Origin: SAR86 cluster bacterium
GTDB taxonomy: Bacteria; Pseudomonadota; Gammaproteobacteria; Magnimaribacterales; D2472
Direction of reading: 5' to 3'
Length of the DNA stretch: 64,000 bases
Assembly: GCA_003331545.1 (NCBI GenBank)
Contig: QOPC01000001.1
Span: 297 to 64,296 of the forward strand
Below are positions 1 to 9,438 of this stretch, in pieces. Below the pieces are notes generated by a model, which worked only from the letters and a program-made list of their open reading frames with translations, did not search any database and was not told the DNA's origin. The position numbers and the translations under genes were made by a program. Numbering within the stretch: position 1 is the first letter of the stretch; each line of letters begins with the position of its first letter.

Positions 1-1539
1 GAACTGCATGCAATTTTCAATTCATTGGATGGTCATGCAGCTTTATCAAAAGCTGAGCAATTGATGATCGGTTTAGGTTTTGCTCAAGAAGATTTAAAAA
101 AAACGGTAAAAGATTTCTCAGGTGGCTGGCGTGTTCGTTTAAATCTTGCTAGAACCTTAATGCAGCCATCAGATTTATTGTTGCTCGATGAGCCAACCAA
201 TCACTTAGATCTAGATGCGATTGTGTGGCTGGCCGATTGGATTAAATCTTTCAAAGGAGCTCTTATCTTAATATCCCATGATCGAGAATTTCTAGATGAA
301 TGCGTTAACACCATAGCCCACATTTACCGCCAAGCCATAGAGCTCTACACGGGTAACTATTCACAATTTGAAGAGGTTAAAGCTTTGCGATTGGCAGAGC
401 AAGCTGCCACCTTTAAAAAGCAACAGCGTGAAATTGCCCACATGCAAGATTTTGTCAGACGATTTAAAGCCAAGGCCACCAAAGCAAGGCAAGCACAAAG
501 CAGAGTGAAAGCATTGGAAAGGATGGAGGTCATAGCCCCAGCTCACGTTGACTCACCATTTCATTTCAGCATTCCTCAAGCAGATAAAATTTCTGATCCC
601 TTATTAACATTGGATGATGCAACTCTCGGTTACTCAGAGCCGGTGCTCCAAAAAATAAATTTAAGTTTACATCCTGGAGATAGAATAGGGTTGCTGGGAC
701 CAAACGGAGCCGGAAAATCTACTTTAATGAAAAGTTTGGTTGGCAGCATCAAGCTGCTTGATGGTTACAGATTTGAGGGCGGCAATTTAAAAGTAGGTTA
801 TTTTTCTCAACATCAAGTCGATGATTTAGATTTATCAAAAACAGCCTACCAATGCATTCAACAACTTGATCCTGAAAAAACTGAGCAACAAGTAAGAACT
901 TACCTTGGGGGTTATGACTTTAAGAACGATAAGGTCAAAGATCCAATTAAACTTTTTTCTGGAGGCGAAAAAGCTAGACTTGCCTTGGCCATTATTGCTT
1001 ACCAGAAACCAAACTTACTTTTGATGGATGAGCCAACCAATCACCTCGACATGGAAATGAGACAAGCCCTTACTATGGCATTACAATCCTTTGGCGGGGC
1101 CATCTTGTTAATTTCGCATGACAGACATTTGCTAGCCAACAATGTTGATCAATTTTTATTGGTTGAAGAGGGAAGTCTTAGTGAATTTGACGGCGATCTG
1201 CATGATTACAGCTTAAGAATCTTAAAAAATTTAAACAAAACTCAATCTCGAAAATCAGTTAAATCAGATGCGCAAACACCAGGTGCCAAAAGACAAATCG
1301 ATCAAAAAATAATTAAGCAACTCAAGGCCGATATTTTATCTGCAGAAAAAAGACTCAAACGATTGCAAGAAAAAATTGCAGAGGCTGAGGCCATTTTGCA
1401 GTCACCCGATACTTATGAAGGTGATTTTCAAGATGATTTACATGATTTAATTAGAAATCAAACAGAGCTTAAGACTGAAATAGAAGAAGTAGAAAAGTTG
1501 TGGTTGAGTTTAAATGAGCAATTAGACGCTTGCAGCTAA
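1..1539 (+). CDS. yheS: ABC-F family ATPase (YheS-like), 5' end cut by window edge
   Basis: Frame 1 is open from nt 1 (ELHAIFNSL...), so the gene starts upstream. First signature/Walker B is FSGGWRVRLNLA / LLLLDEPTNHLD. Second Walker A is GPNGAGKST, with second signature FSGGEKARLALA / LLLMDEPTNHLD. The inter-domain linker AKATKARQAQSRVKALERME and the C-terminal coiled coil are typical of ABC-F/YheS. No TM segments. Confidence 0.9.
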   Translation, partial: ELHAIFNSLDGHAALSKAEQLMIGLGFAQEDLKKTVKDFSGGWRVRLNLARTLMQPSDLLLLDEPTNHLDLDAIVWLADWIKSFKGALILISHDREFLDECVNTIAHIYRQAIELYTGNYSQFEEVKALRLAEQAATFKKQQREIAHMQDFVRRFKAKATKARQAQSRVKALERMEVIAPAHVDSPFHFSIPQADKISDPLLTLDDATLGYSEPVLQKINLSLHPGDRIGLLGPNGAGKSTLMKSLVGSIKLLDGYRFEGGNLKVGYFSQHQVDDLDLSKTAYQCIQQLDPEKTEQQVRTYLGGYDFKNDKVKDPIKLFSGGEKARLALAIIAYQKPNLLLMDEPTNHLDMEMRQALTMALQSFGGAILLISHDRHLLANNVDQFLLVEEGSLSEFDGDLHDYSLRILKNLNKTQSRKSVKSDAQTPGAKRQIDQKIIKQLKADILSAEKRLKRLQEKIAEAEAILQSPDTYEGDFQDDLHDLIRNQTELKTEIEEVEKLWLSLNEQLDACS

Positions 1540-1540
1540 T

Positions 1541-2893
1541 TTAAAATTTAACAGGCATCTCTTGAATCGCATGCACAAAATTGTTCGGTGCAACCTTCCA
1601 ATCACCGCTCATATGAATGTCCGGAAAACGAGCTAAAATTTGTTTGTAGGACTCTTCTAATTGCATCAAGGCCACTGGCTTACCAATGCAGGTATGTCTG
1701 CCAATGCCAAAAGCTAAATGTTTATCAGCATTTGCTCTTTCAATATCAAATTTGTCAGGATTTAAAAATATATCTGGATCTCTATTTGCTGCTCCATACC
1801 ACATCACCAGCTTTTCTCCTGGACCCATTAATTGACCACCAACTTCGGTTTTGCAAGTTGTAGTTCTTCGCATGTGCATTACCGGTGAAATCATTCGTAT
1901 GCATTCTTGAAGAAAATTAGGCATTAATTCAGGATTGTCTATGAGTTTTTGTTTTTGATCGGGGTTCTCAGTCAAAAGTTTAATTGCCCCACTTAATGTA
2001 TTTCTGGTGGTGTCATTGCCCGCAAAAATAATTAACAACCATGACCCATCAAGAAATTCAGGGCTTAATTGCTGACCTTCCAATTCAGCATTGGCAATTG
2101 CTGAAAGCAAATCATCGGACGGATTTTTTCTTTTTGCATTCATGATATCTCTGCCATATTCAAACATCTCATCAATCATGTTATTGAACATCTCTAGCAT
2201 GTTGGTGTCGACTGGCTCATTTGTTTTTTGGCCTTCTAATTCCTTTTTCATTTGTTCCACTTGAATGTATTGGGCTAGTTCTAAAAATTCCATCCAGGTT
2301 ACAAGTTTTTGTCTGTCTGTCTCAGGAATGCCTAAAATTTCTGACAGAGTGAAGATTGGTAATTGTTGAGAAAAAGCAGTGACAAAATTACATGGCTCAC
2401 TGGTATTAATGTCATCAAGCAATGCTTGAACTTTTGCTGAAACTTTTATCCGCAAATCTGCAACATAATTTGGTTTGAAAAAAGGCATGTGCTCTCGTCT
2501 GAGGTTGATGTGCAAGTCGCCATCAAGATTTAGCATGTGATCTACGGCTGAACGCCATAACTTTGGATGCCTTCTGTCTTCGCTGCCAAGGGTAATCATG
2601 GTTCCTGTTCCAGCTTGCGATGAAAAGGTCTTTGGATCTGATGAAACCTTTAAGATGTCTTCGTGACGAGTAAGAGACCAAAATCCCGGCTCTGGATCAT
2701 TAAAAAAAGGGGCATGGAGATAGACCGGTGCTTTTTCACGCATTTTTTTGAACTCATCAAATGGTTGCCCATTAGTAAATAGATCAAGGTCTGTTAAATT
2801 AACATCAGATTCAAATTCATGAATTGGTAAATGTGCATTTGAGCTAAAAGTTTTTTTAGCTATAGCGTTGCTAATTGATACTGGTTCAGCCAT
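1541..2893 (-). CDS. cytochrome P450 monooxygenase
   Basis: 450 aa. Heme-thiolate loop FGIGRHTCIG, I-helix FAGNDTTRN, ExxR (ECIR). No ferredoxin or reductase adjacent. Confidence 0.9.
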   Translation of the reverse strand: MAEPVSISNAIAKKTFSSNAHLPIHEFESDVNLTDLDLFTNGQPFDEFKKMREKAPVYLHAPFFNDPEPGFWSLTRHEDILKVSSDPKTFSSQAGTGTMITLGSEDRRHPKLWRSAVDHMLNLDGDLHINLRREHMPFFKPNYVADLRIKVSAKVQALLDDINTSEPCNFVTAFSQQLPIFTLSEILGIPETDRQKLVTWMEFLELAQYIQVEQMKKELEGQKTNEPVDTNMLEMFNNMIDEMFEYGRDIMNAKRKNPSDDLLSAIANAELEGQQLSPEFLDGSWLLIIFAGNDTTRNTLSGAIKLLTENPDQKQKLIDNPELMPNFLQECIRMISPVMHMRRTTTCKTEVGGQLMGPGEKLVMWYGAANRDPDIFLNPDKFDIERANADKHLAFGIGRHTCIGKPVALMQLEESYKQILARFPDIHMSGDWKVAPNNFVHAIQEMPVKF

Positions 2894-5613
2894 TAATCAA
2901 TCACCGAAACTGTGCCTAGACCCAATTGTCTAATTGATGCTTCAATTTTACTTAAATCACCAACAATCAACCACGTCCATTGATCGGGCTTTATGTACTT
3001 TTGTGCCATGGCTTGAACGTCTTGAAGGGTTGGCTCGTCCAGCAGATCTGGAAGCTGATTGAGATAGTCCAAATCCCTGTTGTAAGTGACGATGCCAGAA
3101 ACACCACTTTTAAGGGCACTAATGGTTTCAAATTGACCCGGCAATCGAAGTGTTTTTGAGGCCTTGCTTTTGCTCAACTCATCTTCTGTCGTAGGAGAGG
3201 TGGTTAAATAAGCAGCATACTCATTGATTATTTCGGTTATGGATTCAGAGGTTTTATCCGTTTGCACAGGAGCTGTTACCAGCATGGCTCTTTGACCTTT
3301 GGCATTACCCAAACGAGTTCTAGCTCCGTAGGACCAACTTTTATCCTCTCTTAAATTCATGTTAAGTCTAGAAGTGAAGCTACCACCGATTGCATAATTC
3401 ATGTAATTAATTTTAATTTCCTCGGCTGTGGCAGTAGGTGGAAGCAGTTGACCTGCAACAATGTATGATTGCTCTGCATTTGGTTTGTTAATTAAGTAAA
3501 CCATTCTTTTTTCAGGCAGAGGCATTTTTGGAAGATCTCTTAAACTGCTCCCAGATTCACTTTTCCAGTTTCCAAATTTTGATTCAAGTAAATCAACTAT
3601 CTCATCAATAGAAATATCACCGGCAACTGTAAATGTTAAGTTTTGAGGGTTTAATGCTCTTTTATGCAGGTCAGATAATTTCTCCGCATCTATGTTTTGG
3701 ATTGTTTCTGATACCCCAGCTCCTATTAACAGTTTCCCATATGGGTGATCTTCACCATACAAAAGTTTACCGATATTTCTAAATGCAATAGAAGAGGCTC
3801 TAAATTCGTCCCTCTTAAAAGCTGCCAAAGTTTGTTTTTTAATTCGAGCAATCTCATTGCTTGGAAACGTAGGAAACATTACGGCTTCTTTGGCAAGATC
3901 TAAAGTTTGATCTAAATTAGATTTTAAAGAGGAGACAGATACAAAAGATGTATCTAGATCAGAACCAAAGCCAATATTAGAACCAAGCGAACCCAAGATA
4001 CTATCAAATTCTAAGGACGAATATTTTTTCGTACCTTCATTAAGCATGTCCATCATAAAATTTGTATATCCAAGTTCATCATTATTTTCTTGCGCGTATC
4101 CAAAATTAAATTGAAAATTCATTTCAACCAGAGGAATACCTTGGCGCTGAGCCAACACAACTTTCGCACCATTAGAAAGGGTTGCAGTTTGCAGCTTTGG
4201 AAATTTAAATGAAACTTTTTCTGTTGGATAGGGGATGCCTTGAGTTCGATCAACCGAACTTTCATTAACTCCTAATTTTTCATTGGGTAAGATTGTAAGG
4301 ACGTATGGAGTCCCATCAATCCATTTAGCCAGTGTTGCCTTCATTTTTGCTGGGGTTGCCGCATCAAGGTATTCGATGCTTTTTTTATAACAACCTGGAT
4401 TGCCTGTATAGGTTTGACATGTAGCCAAGAGATCTGATTTACCACCAAATCCACCGATGCGCTGAATGCCTCTGACAAATCCAGCAAGTGTTTTGGTCTT
4501 TTCTATTTTTAATTGTTTTGTATCTGGACCTCTTTTGATGAACTTATTCATAACATCATCCATGGCTTGCTCAACCATGGCTGGGTCTTCGCCTGTGACT
4601 ACGTCAGCAATAAGAAAGAACATTCCTGCAATCTCTCTGTCGTAATAAAACGCAGACACACTGGTTGCGATTTGCTTTTCATAGACTAATTCTTTGTAGA
4701 GAGGAGAATCTTTTCCGCCCACCAACACACTGGATGCTAAATCAAAGTGAGCAGCAGCCTCTGTATCTCTTGGTGGGACATTCCAAGTTTTATAAATCCT
4801 AGCTTGAGGAACGTTGTCATACATGATGTCACGTTTTTCTTGGTTTCTTTTAGCAATCCATATATCTGGTTTAACCAATGGCGGTCCTGCAGGAATATCT
4901 CCAAAATATTTGGTAACCTTTTCTTTTGCTGTTTCCAGATCAATATCTCCAGCCAACGCTAATACAGCATTGTTCGGACCATAATAGGTTTTAAACCATT
5001 CTTGAACGTCTTCCAATGAGGCAGCATCTAAGTCTTCCATAGACCCAATGGTTGACCAGGAATAGGGGTGACCTTCAGGAAATGCAGATTCAGCTATTCT
5101 TGTAAAAGCTTTTCCATACGGTTGATTTTCGCCTTGACGTTTTTCGTTCTGAACAACGCCTCTTTGTTCATCAAGCTTGTCTTGATCAACAACCCCAAGC
5201 AAGTGACCCATTCTGTCGGATTCCATCCATAATGCTAAATCTAAAGCGTTGGTTGGCACATTTTGAAAGTAATTTGTTCTATCAGAATTGGTGGTACCGT
5301 TTTGATCAGTAGATCCAATTTTTTCAAATGGTTCAAAATACTCGCTATTGTAATTTTCAGTTCCATTAAACATTAAATGTTCGAACAGGTGAGCAAATCC
5401 AGTTTTACCAGCCTTCTCATTTTTTGATCCCACGTGATACCAAACATTAACTGCCACCATCGGAACTTTCTTATCTTGATGAACAATAACTGTAAGACCG
5501 TTTTCGAGTTTAAAGGTCTCATAGTTAATTTCAGGCAAATCTTCCGACAAAGAAGCATGCAATGAAAACGAAAATGCTAAGTTTATAATGAAAGCTTGAA
5601 AAAATATTTTCAT
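2893..5613 (-). CDS. secreted M16 (pitrilysin/insulinase family) zinc peptidase, double M16 unit
   Basis: HxxEH zinc motif HLFEHLMFNG. ~900 aa, i.e. two M16 halves. Signal peptide MKIFFQAFIINLAFSFSLHA favours the ATG at 5613 over the track start at 5628. The stop overlaps the P450 start (TAATG). Confidence 0.88.
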   Translation of the reverse strand: MKIFFQAFIINLAFSFSLHASLSEDLPEINYETFKLENGLTVIVHQDKKVPMVAVNVWYHVGSKNEKAGKTGFAHLFEHLMFNGTENYNSEYFEPFEKIGSTDQNGTTNSDRTNYFQNVPTNALDLALWMESDRMGHLLGVVDQDKLDEQRGVVQNEKRQGENQPYGKAFTRIAESAFPEGHPYSWSTIGSMEDLDAASLEDVQEWFKTYYGPNNAVLALAGDIDLETAKEKVTKYFGDIPAGPPLVKPDIWIAKRNQEKRDIMYDNVPQARIYKTWNVPPRDTEAAAHFDLASSVLVGGKDSPLYKELVYEKQIATSVSAFYYDREIAGMFFLIADVVTGEDPAMVEQAMDDVMNKFIKRGPDTKQLKIEKTKTLAGFVRGIQRIGGFGGKSDLLATCQTYTGNPGCYKKSIEYLDAATPAKMKATLAKWIDGTPYVLTILPNEKLGVNESSVDRTQGIPYPTEKVSFKFPKLQTATLSNGAKVVLAQRQGIPLVEMNFQFNFGYAQENNDELGYTNFMMDMLNEGTKKYSSLEFDSILGSLGSNIGFGSDLDTSFVSVSSLKSNLDQTLDLAKEAVMFPTFPSNEIARIKKQTLAAFKRDEFRASSIAFRNIGKLLYGEDHPYGKLLIGAGVSETIQNIDAEKLSDLHKRALNPQNLTFTVAGDISIDEIVDLLESKFGNWKSESGSSLRDLPKMPLPEKRMVYLINKPNAEQSYIVAGQLLPPTATAEEIKINYMNYAIGGSFTSRLNMNLREDKSWSYGARTRLGNAKGQRAMLVTAPVQTDKTSESITEIINEYAAYLTTSPTTEDELSKSKASKTLRLPGQFETISALKSGVSGIVTYNRDLDYLNQLPDLLDEPTLQDVQAMAQKYIKPDQWTWLIVGDLSKIEASIRQLGLGTVSVID

Positions 5614-5672
5614 GAATCTGTACCCCATTGATTTGGAAATCTATTTTATACTTTACTTACCTGAATATACAC

Positions 5673-7316
5673 ATGGACATGAAAATAAATAAGACTCAAT
5701 TTTTGCTTACCATTCTATCTGTTTCAATTATTTTAATGAGTTGTTCAGATTCCTTAAGCGACACAACCGATGGAAGATTAAGATATTGGATCTCAACACT
5801 TGCATCTGACGAGTTTGAAGGCAGGGCACCTGGAACCGAAGGAGGCCAATTAACTAAAAATTTTATTTCTAGGACTTTTCAAGATCTTGATCTTGAGCCC
5901 GTAGATGGAAATTATTTATTAGATGTTCCTGCATCTGAAATTACCTTAAAAGATTCTTCTTACTTAACCATGTCTTTTAGGGGCAACGATAGAAAAATGA
6001 TTGCTGGTGAGGAGGTAGTCTTTTGGACCAAACAGGCAAGAGAGTATAGAAAAATTAGAGATAGCGAAGTTGTATTTGTTGGTTATGGAATAGTTGCTCC
6101 AGAATATAATTGGAATGATTATGAGGGCATTGATGTTAAAGGTAAAACAGTAATAATTTTAATTAATGATCCAGGTTTTGCTACTGGAAAATTAAGATTA
6201 TTTAATGGTAGATCAATGACTTACTATGGAAGGTGGACTTACAAATTTGAAGAAGCTGCGCGTCAAGGTGCTGCCGCTGCAATTATTGTTCACGAGGAAG
6301 AGCCTGCAGCATATCCATGGTCTGTTGTTGAAAATAGTTGGCAAGGACCACAGCTTGATCTTCAGCGAGACGATTTAGGTGCGGATAGAGTAATTTTAGA
6401 GGGCTGGATCAGAGATAACTCTTTAGACGATATCTTAAGTTTTACTGGCTTTAATTATGAGTCTCTGAAAGAGATTGCGTTGGAGGCAACATTTTCCCCT
6501 TTCTTGCTGCGTGGGTTAACTCTTAGCTCTGAAATTCACAATAAAGTTAGATATCTTCTATCGCATAATGTTGCTGCCATAAAAAAAGGAACTGATAGAG
6601 CTGACGAATACATTTTATTTATGGCTCATTGGGATCATCTTGGGATTATGGATGCGACAGAACCTGGCGAGGATTCTATTGCAAATGGTGCTGTGGATAA
6701 TGCTACCGGCATTGCTGCTGTATTAGAGTTCGCCAAGAGATTTTCTGAAATTGATACTGAAAGATCTATTATGTTCTTGGCGTTGACGCTGGAAGAATCT
6801 GGACTATTGGGGTCTGAGTATTTTGCGAAATACCCGCCAATCAACCTTGATAACATTGTTGCGGGTTTTAATTACGATGCTATTTTGCCAACAGGATTAA
6901 CAAATGACATGGTAGTTGTTGGCTATGGGGCATCTGAACTGGAAGATTTACTGGAAGATGAATTAGTGAAATCAGGCAGATACATTAACCCTGATCCAAA
7001 TCCAGAAAAAGGCTATTTTTATAGATCTGATCATATAAGTTTTGCAAAAAGAGGTGTGCCAGTTCTTTATGCTGATGGAGGCTTTGATCTTGTTGATGGT
7101 GGCAGGGAGATAGGTTTTATTATAGAAGAGCAATATAGATTAGATGCTTATCATGGTGTTGATGATGAATATGATGAAAACTGGAATTTAGATGGTCTCA
7201 ATCAGTCTATAGATGTAATTTTTAATATTAGCAATGAGCTTGCAAATAGTCCACAATGGCCAAATTGGTATGAAGGTAATGAATTTAAAGCAATCAGAGA
7301 CTTGTCTCGGCCATGA
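5673..7316 (+). CDS. M28 family aminopeptidase, probable lipoprotein
   Basis: M28 metal-ligand motifs MAHWDHLG, NGAVDNATG, EESGLLGS, SDHISF, plus a PA-like insert. The lipobox-like ILMSCSD after a hydrophobic N-terminus favours a start at ATG 5673 or 5679 rather than the TTG at 5628. Confidence 0.85.
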   Translation: MDMKINKTQFLLTILSVSIILMSCSDSLSDTTDGRLRYWISTLASDEFEGRAPGTEGGQLTKNFISRTFQDLDLEPVDGNYLLDVPASEITLKDSSYLTMSFRGNDRKMIAGEEVVFWTKQAREYRKIRDSEVVFVGYGIVAPEYNWNDYEGIDVKGKTVIILINDPGFATGKLRLFNGRSMTYYGRWTYKFEEAARQGAAAAIIVHEEEPAAYPWSVVENSWQGPQLDLQRDDLGADRVILEGWIRDNSLDDILSFTGFNYESLKEIALEATFSPFLLRGLTLSSEIHNKVRYLLSHNVAAIKKGTDRADEYILFMAHWDHLGIMDATEPGEDSIANGAVDNATGIAAVLEFAKRFSEIDTERSIMFLALTLEESGLLGSEYFAKYPPINLDNIVAGFNYDAILPTGLTNDMVVVGYGASELEDLLEDELVKSGRYINPDPNPEKGYFYRSDHISFAKRGVPVLYADGGFDLVDGGREIGFIIEEQYRLDAYHGVDDEYDENWNLDGLNQSIDVIFNISNELANSPQWPNWYEGNEFKAIRDLSRP

Positions 7317-7331
7317 CACTCAGGGGCTTTA

Positions 7332-8777
7332 ATGCATAAAGACGTCGTAGTGGTTGGAGCGGGAATTTCTGGTATTGCAGCTGGTTATAACCTTCAAAAA
7401 AGCTGTCAAAATAAATCTTTTGTGATTCTTGAGGGAAGAGAGTCTCTTGGAGGTACATGGGATTTATTTAAGTATCCAGGTGTTCGCTCTGATTCTGACA
7501 TGCATACGCTTGGTTTTCGTTTTAAACCTTGGATCCATAAAAAATCAATTGCCGATGGCTCCTCTATTCTTGAATATTTGAATGAAACGGTCGATGAATA
7601 CAACCTAAGAGAACAAATAATGTTTAATCATAAGGTTGTTTCATCAAATTGGATGTCTGAAAAATCTCAATGGGAATTAACTATCAAAAGTGGTGGACAA
7701 GAATTTACCATGACGTGCAACTTCCTGTTTTTATGTGGAGGTTATTATAGCTATGACAAACCCTTCATGCCTAAATTTCCTAATCAAGATGAATTCCAGG
7801 GTAGGTTTATCCATCCTCAATTCTGGGATGAGGCTATTGATTACTCAAACAAAAAGGTAATTGTTATTGGCAGCGGGGCAACAGCTGTAACCTTGGTTCC
7901 TGCAATTGCCAAAAAAGCTTCGCATGTAACCATGCTGCAAAGGTCTCCTAGCTATGTTGTATCTGCTCCCGGAGAAGATTCATGGAATAAAGTATTAAAT
8001 AAAATATTTCCTACTCGATTAACTTATTTTCTAATTAGATGGAAAAATATTTTGAGAACAAGCCTGGGATTTTACCTATCAAGAAAATACCCTGCAAAAA
8101 TAAAAGAAAGGCTGATCAATTTAGTTCGCGAAGAGCTTGGACAAGATTTTGATGTTGATAAACATTTTGTGCCTAAATATAACCCCTGGGATCAGCGCAT
8201 GTGTCTTGTACCCGATGGCGATCTATTTATGGCAATCAGAGATGGCAAAGCATCTGTGGTTACTGAAGTCATCGAAAATTTTAATGAGAAGGGAATTTTA
8301 GTAGAGTCAGGTGAGTTTATTGAAGCTGACATCATTGTTTCTGCTACAGGAATAGAAATTAATGTTCTAAATGACATAGATGTAACTGTTGATCAAAAAA
8401 AAGTAGAACCTCATAAAAAATTCTCCTACAAAGGAATGATGTTGAGCGGCGTGCCTAACCTGGCTTTTACATTTGGCTACGTCAATGCCTCTTGGACTCT
8501 TAGAGCAGATTTAACATGTGAATATGTATGTAGACTTTTAAATCAAATGGACAAAGAGGGAGTCTCAGCCTGTATCCCTGAAGCGGATTCAAATGCAATC
8601 GGCGATGATGATTACATTGATTTTACCTCGGGCTATGTTCAAAGAGCATTGAATAAACTACCTAAGCAAGGTCAAAAATCTCCATGGCGACAATATCAAA
8701 ATTATTTAAAAGATATTTTTTTAGTAAGATTTTTTTCACTTAAGGATTCAACACTAAAATTCTATAACTCCAAATAA
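7332..8777 (+). CDS. EthA-like type I Baeyer-Villiger (flavin) monooxygenase
   Basis: FAD motif GAGISG, BVMO fingerprint FQGRFIHPQFWD (FxGxxxHxxxWD), NADP motif GSGATA. Long collinear resemblance to mycobacterial EthA as I remember it (GGTWDLF.YPG.RSDSDM.TLGFRF.PW, NASWTL.ADL). Confidence 0.9.
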   Translation: MHKDVVVVGAGISGIAAGYNLQKSCQNKSFVILEGRESLGGTWDLFKYPGVRSDSDMHTLGFRFKPWIHKKSIADGSSILEYLNETVDEYNLREQIMFNHKVVSSNWMSEKSQWELTIKSGGQEFTMTCNFLFLCGGYYSYDKPFMPKFPNQDEFQGRFIHPQFWDEAIDYSNKKVIVIGSGATAVTLVPAIAKKASHVTMLQRSPSYVVSAPGEDSWNKVLNKIFPTRLTYFLIRWKNILRTSLGFYLSRKYPAKIKERLINLVREELGQDFDVDKHFVPKYNPWDQRMCLVPDGDLFMAIRDGKASVVTEVIENFNEKGILVESGEFIEADIIVSATGIEINVLNDIDVTVDQKKVEPHKKFSYKGMMLSGVPNLAFTFGYVNASWTLRADLTCEYVCRLLNQMDKEGVSACIPEADSNAIGDDDYIDFTSGYVQRALNKLPKQGQKSPWRQYQNYLKDIFLVRFFSLKDSTLKFYNSK

Positions 8778-8781
8778 GAAG

Positions 8782-8858
8782 TGGCGCACCCGGAGAGATT
8801 CGAACTCCCGACCCCTTGGTTCGTAGCCAAGTACTCTATCCAGCTGAGCTACGGGCGC
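8782..8858 (-). tRNA. tRNA-Arg (anticodon ACG), CCA encoded
   Basis: The reverse complement reads GCGCCCGTAGCTCAGCTGGATAGAGTACTTGGCTACGAACCAAGGGGTCGGGAGTTCGAATCTCTCCGGGTGCGCCA. It is 77 nt and folds as a cloverleaf: 7-bp acceptor stem, anticodon stem CTTGG/CCAAG with loop CTACGAA, and T-loop TTCGAAT. It is close to E. coli tRNA-Arg(ACG). Confidence 0.95.
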
Positions 8859-8965
8859 ACGCGATTATTATACGTTAGAAATATTTTTTTATATCCTCAA
8901 GTTTCTTTACCGACTTGTAAAAAAACCTTATATTAAAGTTATAAAAAAACACATATAAACCTCAA

Positions 8966-9433
8966 GTGAATTTTGAAACAATTATATTAATTCTTCAAAC
9001 TGTTGGACCTTTTACAGTTCTGGTAACCGTTTATTTCTTGGTTACAGAACTGAGAGAACAAAACAGAGTTGCGCGAGCTAATGCAAGGCAAAATATTGCT
9101 GATTCTCATCAGAAGGTTGCTCTTGCAGGCATGAAGCCTATCCTTGTAAATACTAAGATTAAACTTAGAAATAATGAAGAGTTAACGAAAGAAGAAAATG
9201 CTGTTTATTTAACATATTTTAGCGTGATGCTAAGAGCTAGGGAAAATCAGTTCTATCAATTTAAAATAGGAATGCTGGATGAAGAAGAGTGGAATGCAAT
9301 GCTTGTTTCATTCAAAACGTTGTTTAAAGAACCAAAGCATCTTGAGATATGGGAGTTTATTAAAATTACTTTTGCCGAAGATTTTGTTGAGCTGGTTGAT
9401 GAACAAATTAAACAGAGCAAGCTATATGGATAA
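8966..9433 (+). CDS. hypothetical N-terminally membrane-anchored helical protein
   Basis: 155 aa with a GTG start. One N-terminal TM helix (IILILQTVGPFTVLVTVYFLV) followed by a charged helical domain. It ends 5 bp before the EAL gene. No family recognised. Confidence 0.5.
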   Translation: MNFETIILILQTVGPFTVLVTVYFLVTELREQNRVARANARQNIADSHQKVALAGMKPILVNTKIKLRNNEELTKEENAVYLTYFSVMLRARENQFYQFKIGMLDEEEWNAMLVSFKTLFKEPKHLEIWEFIKITFAEDFVELVDEQIKQSKLYG

Positions 9434-9438
9434 GAATA

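Noticed and set aside
5613-5673. Apparent head-to-head overlap of the M16 and M28 ORFs at 5628
   Set aside because: This is an artefact of longest-ORF calling. Signal-peptide logic places the starts at 5613 (minus strand) and 5673/5679 (plus strand), leaving a ~59-bp divergent promoter region.
8782-8965. Integrated mobile element at tRNA-Arg
   Set aside because: No integrase, excisionase, transposase or att-like direct repeat could be seen on either side. Only the positional hint is kept as a low-interest finding.
8859-8965. Riboswitch (for example c-di-GMP GEMM) or tRNA promoter in the spacer before the c-di-GMP cluster
   Set aside because: No GEMM-like conserved helices or GNRA/receptor features are visible. 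A TATAAT at 8867-8872 (minus strand) could serve the tRNA, but there is no credible -35 element, so it was not reported as a feature.
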